Positions 61,301 through 64,000 of a stretch of 64,000 bases of DNA are shown here, piece by piece. Numbering within the stretch: the stretch's first letter is position 1; every line of letters starts with the position of its first letter. This DNA is from Anaeramoeba ignava BMAN. Its lineage: Eukaryota; Protista; Anaeramoebae. The DNA is taken from contig JAPDFW010000063.1 in assembly GCA_028826165.1 (NCBI GenBank), positions 124,001 to 188,000 of the forward strand, read 5' to 3'. A program made the translations under genes and the position numbers. The notes under the pieces were generated by a model. That model made no database searches, was not told the origin of the DNA, and saw nothing but the letters and a program-made list of their open reading frames with translations.

Positions 61301-63818
61301 ACAAAAAGAAGATTTTGAATTAAGAACAAAACAAAACGCAGAAACTAGTGAATTAGCTTCTCATTTGGAAAATCAAATTTCATCTTTAAAATCAGAATTG
61401 GAAAATATGAAAAAAAGAGAAAAAGAAATTTTAAATCAAATTGAAGAAATCAAAAAGAAAAAACAAGAAATGGAACAAGATTACTTGCAAAAAATAAAAG
61501 AAGAACAAGAAAAATACCAAAATCTTGAATTGGAAAAACAACAAGCAATTCTTTCAATTCGTGAAGAACTTCAAAAACAATTAGAAAATTTTAATTTGAA
61601 ATTTGATGAAGAAAAAAAAGTATTGAAAATTTAAAATTGATTTAAAATTGATTTTGAATTGATTTGTATATATTTTTTTTTAAAACAAAAAAAAAAGAAA
61701 TTCAATGAAAAAATTGCAGAATATGAAGAAATTATTGAAGATCTTAAACAACAAATGAAAAGTCAAGAAGATGAAGCACAAAATCATCTATTTTTCAAAG
61801 AACAAGAACTCAAATCATTACAAGAATCATTAAATCAAAAAATTGAAGAAATGAAAAAATCCAAAAACGATATGGAACAAGAATATCTGGATAAAATTGA
61901 GAAAATCCACCAAGAATACAAAATCAAAATTGAGGAATTGAACCAAAAACTTGGGGATGAACAAGCAAACAGCCAAAAATTAAACAATTTAAGCGATGAA
62001 TTGAAAGATAAGCTTGAAGAGCAATATCAAACAATTAAAAATTTGGAAGAAGAAAATAATTCGTTGAAAGAAAAAGTGGAATCAGCAATCAAAGCAATTG
62101 AGGAAGAAAAGGGAATAAGAGAAGAAACCGAAGAGGAAAATGAAAAATTGGAAGGAGTTATTAGTGATTTGCGAAAGGAAATTGAGGAGTTAAAGAAACA
62201 AATAGAAGAAGCGCTCAATGTTGAACCCCAAATAATAATTCACGAGCCAGACCCAATTATTCCTGAAAGAGATGTTGATATTCTCGAGAAGGAATTGTCA
62301 GAATACATCAATTTGCGGTTGAAATTCGATCGCGATTTAATCAGTGTGCTTCCTATTGGAACAAAATCCGCGGATCTTTTGCAAGCAGCAAAAAGCGGTG
62401 TTTTACTTTGCAAGTTAATTAATGATAGTTTCCCTTCGACAATTGACAGTAGGGCTATCAATTATGAAATCACCGATGAATCCGCACTTGAAAATCACAA
62501 TTTGTGTGTTAATTCGGCAAAATGGATTGGATGTAATGTTGTTGGAATCGAATCACAATCGCTATTGAATGGCGATGAATCATCGATATTGCAATTGACT
62601 TGGGAAATTATCAAAGTTGGATTGTTTTCTCAACTCACAATCACAAAACATCCAGAGATTCTTGTTTTATTCGATGAAAACAACACAGGTCCAACTCAAA
62701 AACTAGTTGAGGAAATCAATAAAATTCCGCCAGAAAATATTCTTTTGAAATGGATCAACTACCACATTCACAAAGCTGGCGACAAAAGAAACATACAGAA
62801 TTTTTCAGGGGATCTTCGCGAACCAAGTGCGTTTGCAATTTTGATGAACCAATTAAGTCCTCAATTGTGTCCACTTGATGAATTTACAAAAGAAACAGAC
62901 ATCGATATTCAAGCCAAAGAAATTGAGAAATTCGCATCAAGTTTGGGATGCAAAGAATTTGTTTCCGCGCAAGCAATCGTATCAGGAAGATACGAGCAAC
63001 TAAACATTGCGTTTCTTGCGCTTTTATTTCATACTCGGTCGGGATTATCAATCTCAAAAGAACAAGCTCAAAAAATTGCGTTTGATGACCGCGATCGAGC
63101 AGGAACACGTGAAGAACGCGCTTTTAGAATGTGGATCAACAGCATGGGAATCGAACCTAAGGTGTATGATCTTTATCATGATTTGCGAGACGGGCTGATT
63201 ATTCTTAAGGTTATCGATAAAATCGAACCCGGACTTGTAAACTGGAAAAAAGTCAATTTGGATCCAATTAACGTTTTTAAAGAAGTTGAAAATTGCAATT
63301 ATGTTATTGATTTGGGAAAATTACTTCGTTTGCATTTGGTCAACATTTCGGGACAAAATATTCATGAAGGAAATAGAACATTAATTCTTGGGTTTATTTG
63401 GCAAGCAATGGAATATCACATCAAAGCAATTCTTACAAAATTGAAGGTTATTCGATCCGGAAGAATAACGGATCGTGATATGGTTGGCTGGGCAAATAAA
63501 AAAGTGGAATCCGCAGGAAAACAATCCAAAATTATTAGCTTTAAAGATCGCTCACTTAAAACTGGCATTTTTTTGATTGATTTGGTTTATTCAGTTTCTC
63601 CTAAAGCTGTCAATTATAATTTCGTTCAAAGTGGAAAATCTGATGAAGAATGTATGAATAATGCTCTTTATGCTATTTCGCTTTGCAGAAAAATTGGTGC
63701 TTCTATTTTTGTTTTACCTGAAGATATTGTTGAAGTTAAACCGAAAATGCTTTTAACTGTTGTTGGGGAATTGATGAGAATTGATAAATTAATTAAGAGC
63801 AAAATGGAACAAAAATAA
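58370..63818 (+). CDS. Fimbrin/plastin (4 CH domains) with a ~650-aa N-terminal coiled coil; exons 58370-58847, 59713-60149, 61140-61619, 61698-63818 (1171 aa)
   Basis: GVLLCKLIN..PSTIDSRAIN, ENHNLCVNSAKWIGCNVVGI, REERAFRMWINSMG, DLRDG..IL and YAISLCRKIGASIFVLPEDIVEVKPKM. The four exons sum to 3516 nt in one frame. Confidence 0.9.
58870..61135. repeat. Two intronic satellites in the fimbrin gene: (ATAAAATTATTT)n and (TATTTAATAATATTT)n
   Basis: Pure A/T tandem repeats inside introns 58848-59712 and 60150-61139. Confidence 0.92.
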
Positions 63819-64000
63819 TTCAAAAAATGATTAAATAATTGATTTGATTTTTTTTCAATTCAATTTTCAATTCAAAAAAAATTTCTTAATAAAAACAATT
63901 TAATTCTTAATTCTTATTTTTTATTTTTTAATCAATTTGGAAAAAAAAATTTTATTATTCTCCTTTTTATTTATTAAAAAAAAATCTAATTAAAAATTTT

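Noticed and set aside
1-64000. Alternative genetic code, rRNA/tRNA genes, inteins
   Set aside because: Conserved genes translate cleanly with the standard code and end at TAA or TGA. I saw no GC-rich structured RNA gene or Hint-domain motif by eye; tRNAscan-SE and Infernal would be needed to exclude small RNAs.

Overview
Extremely AT-rich eukaryotic nuclear DNA using the standard genetic code and GT-AG spliceosomal introns. The BTB/ankyrin/RCC1/TLDc expansions, TCATTT Inr-like motifs and organelle import proteins suggest an anaerobic metamonad such as Anaeramoeba; this is inference, not a database match. Core-type genes: UBA+DUF1917-like protein, Rab20/24-like GTPase, CS+Sel1+tail-anchor protein, degenerate SWR1/p400-like+SANT protein, DENN protein, NAD(P)H quinone oxidoreductase, TRF4-like poly(A) polymerase, CTC1-like protein, CapZ alpha, single-LIM protein, TOM1-like VHS-GAT protein, Tim22-like protein and a coiled-coil fimbrin. 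Accessory elements: (i) a ~2,040-aa ANK-BTB-BTB-ANK-BTB-BTB gene whose ~40 ankyrin repeats mix a small menu of variable cassettes; (ii) a 38-55 kb cluster of mosaic BTB-TLDc, signal-anchor-TLDc and RCC1-BTB paralogues with ~145-bp minisatellites at chimeric junctions; (iii) a 2.5-kb TIR DNA transposon with an intact DDD transposase ORF. Genome-grammar oddities: about half of the reconstructed introns end in AAG and none in CAG, long introns are G-poor microsatellites, and the AATCAA hexamer family is oriented with transcription. Many single-base homopolymer indels look like long-read assembly errors. All exon boundaries were reconstructed by eye.
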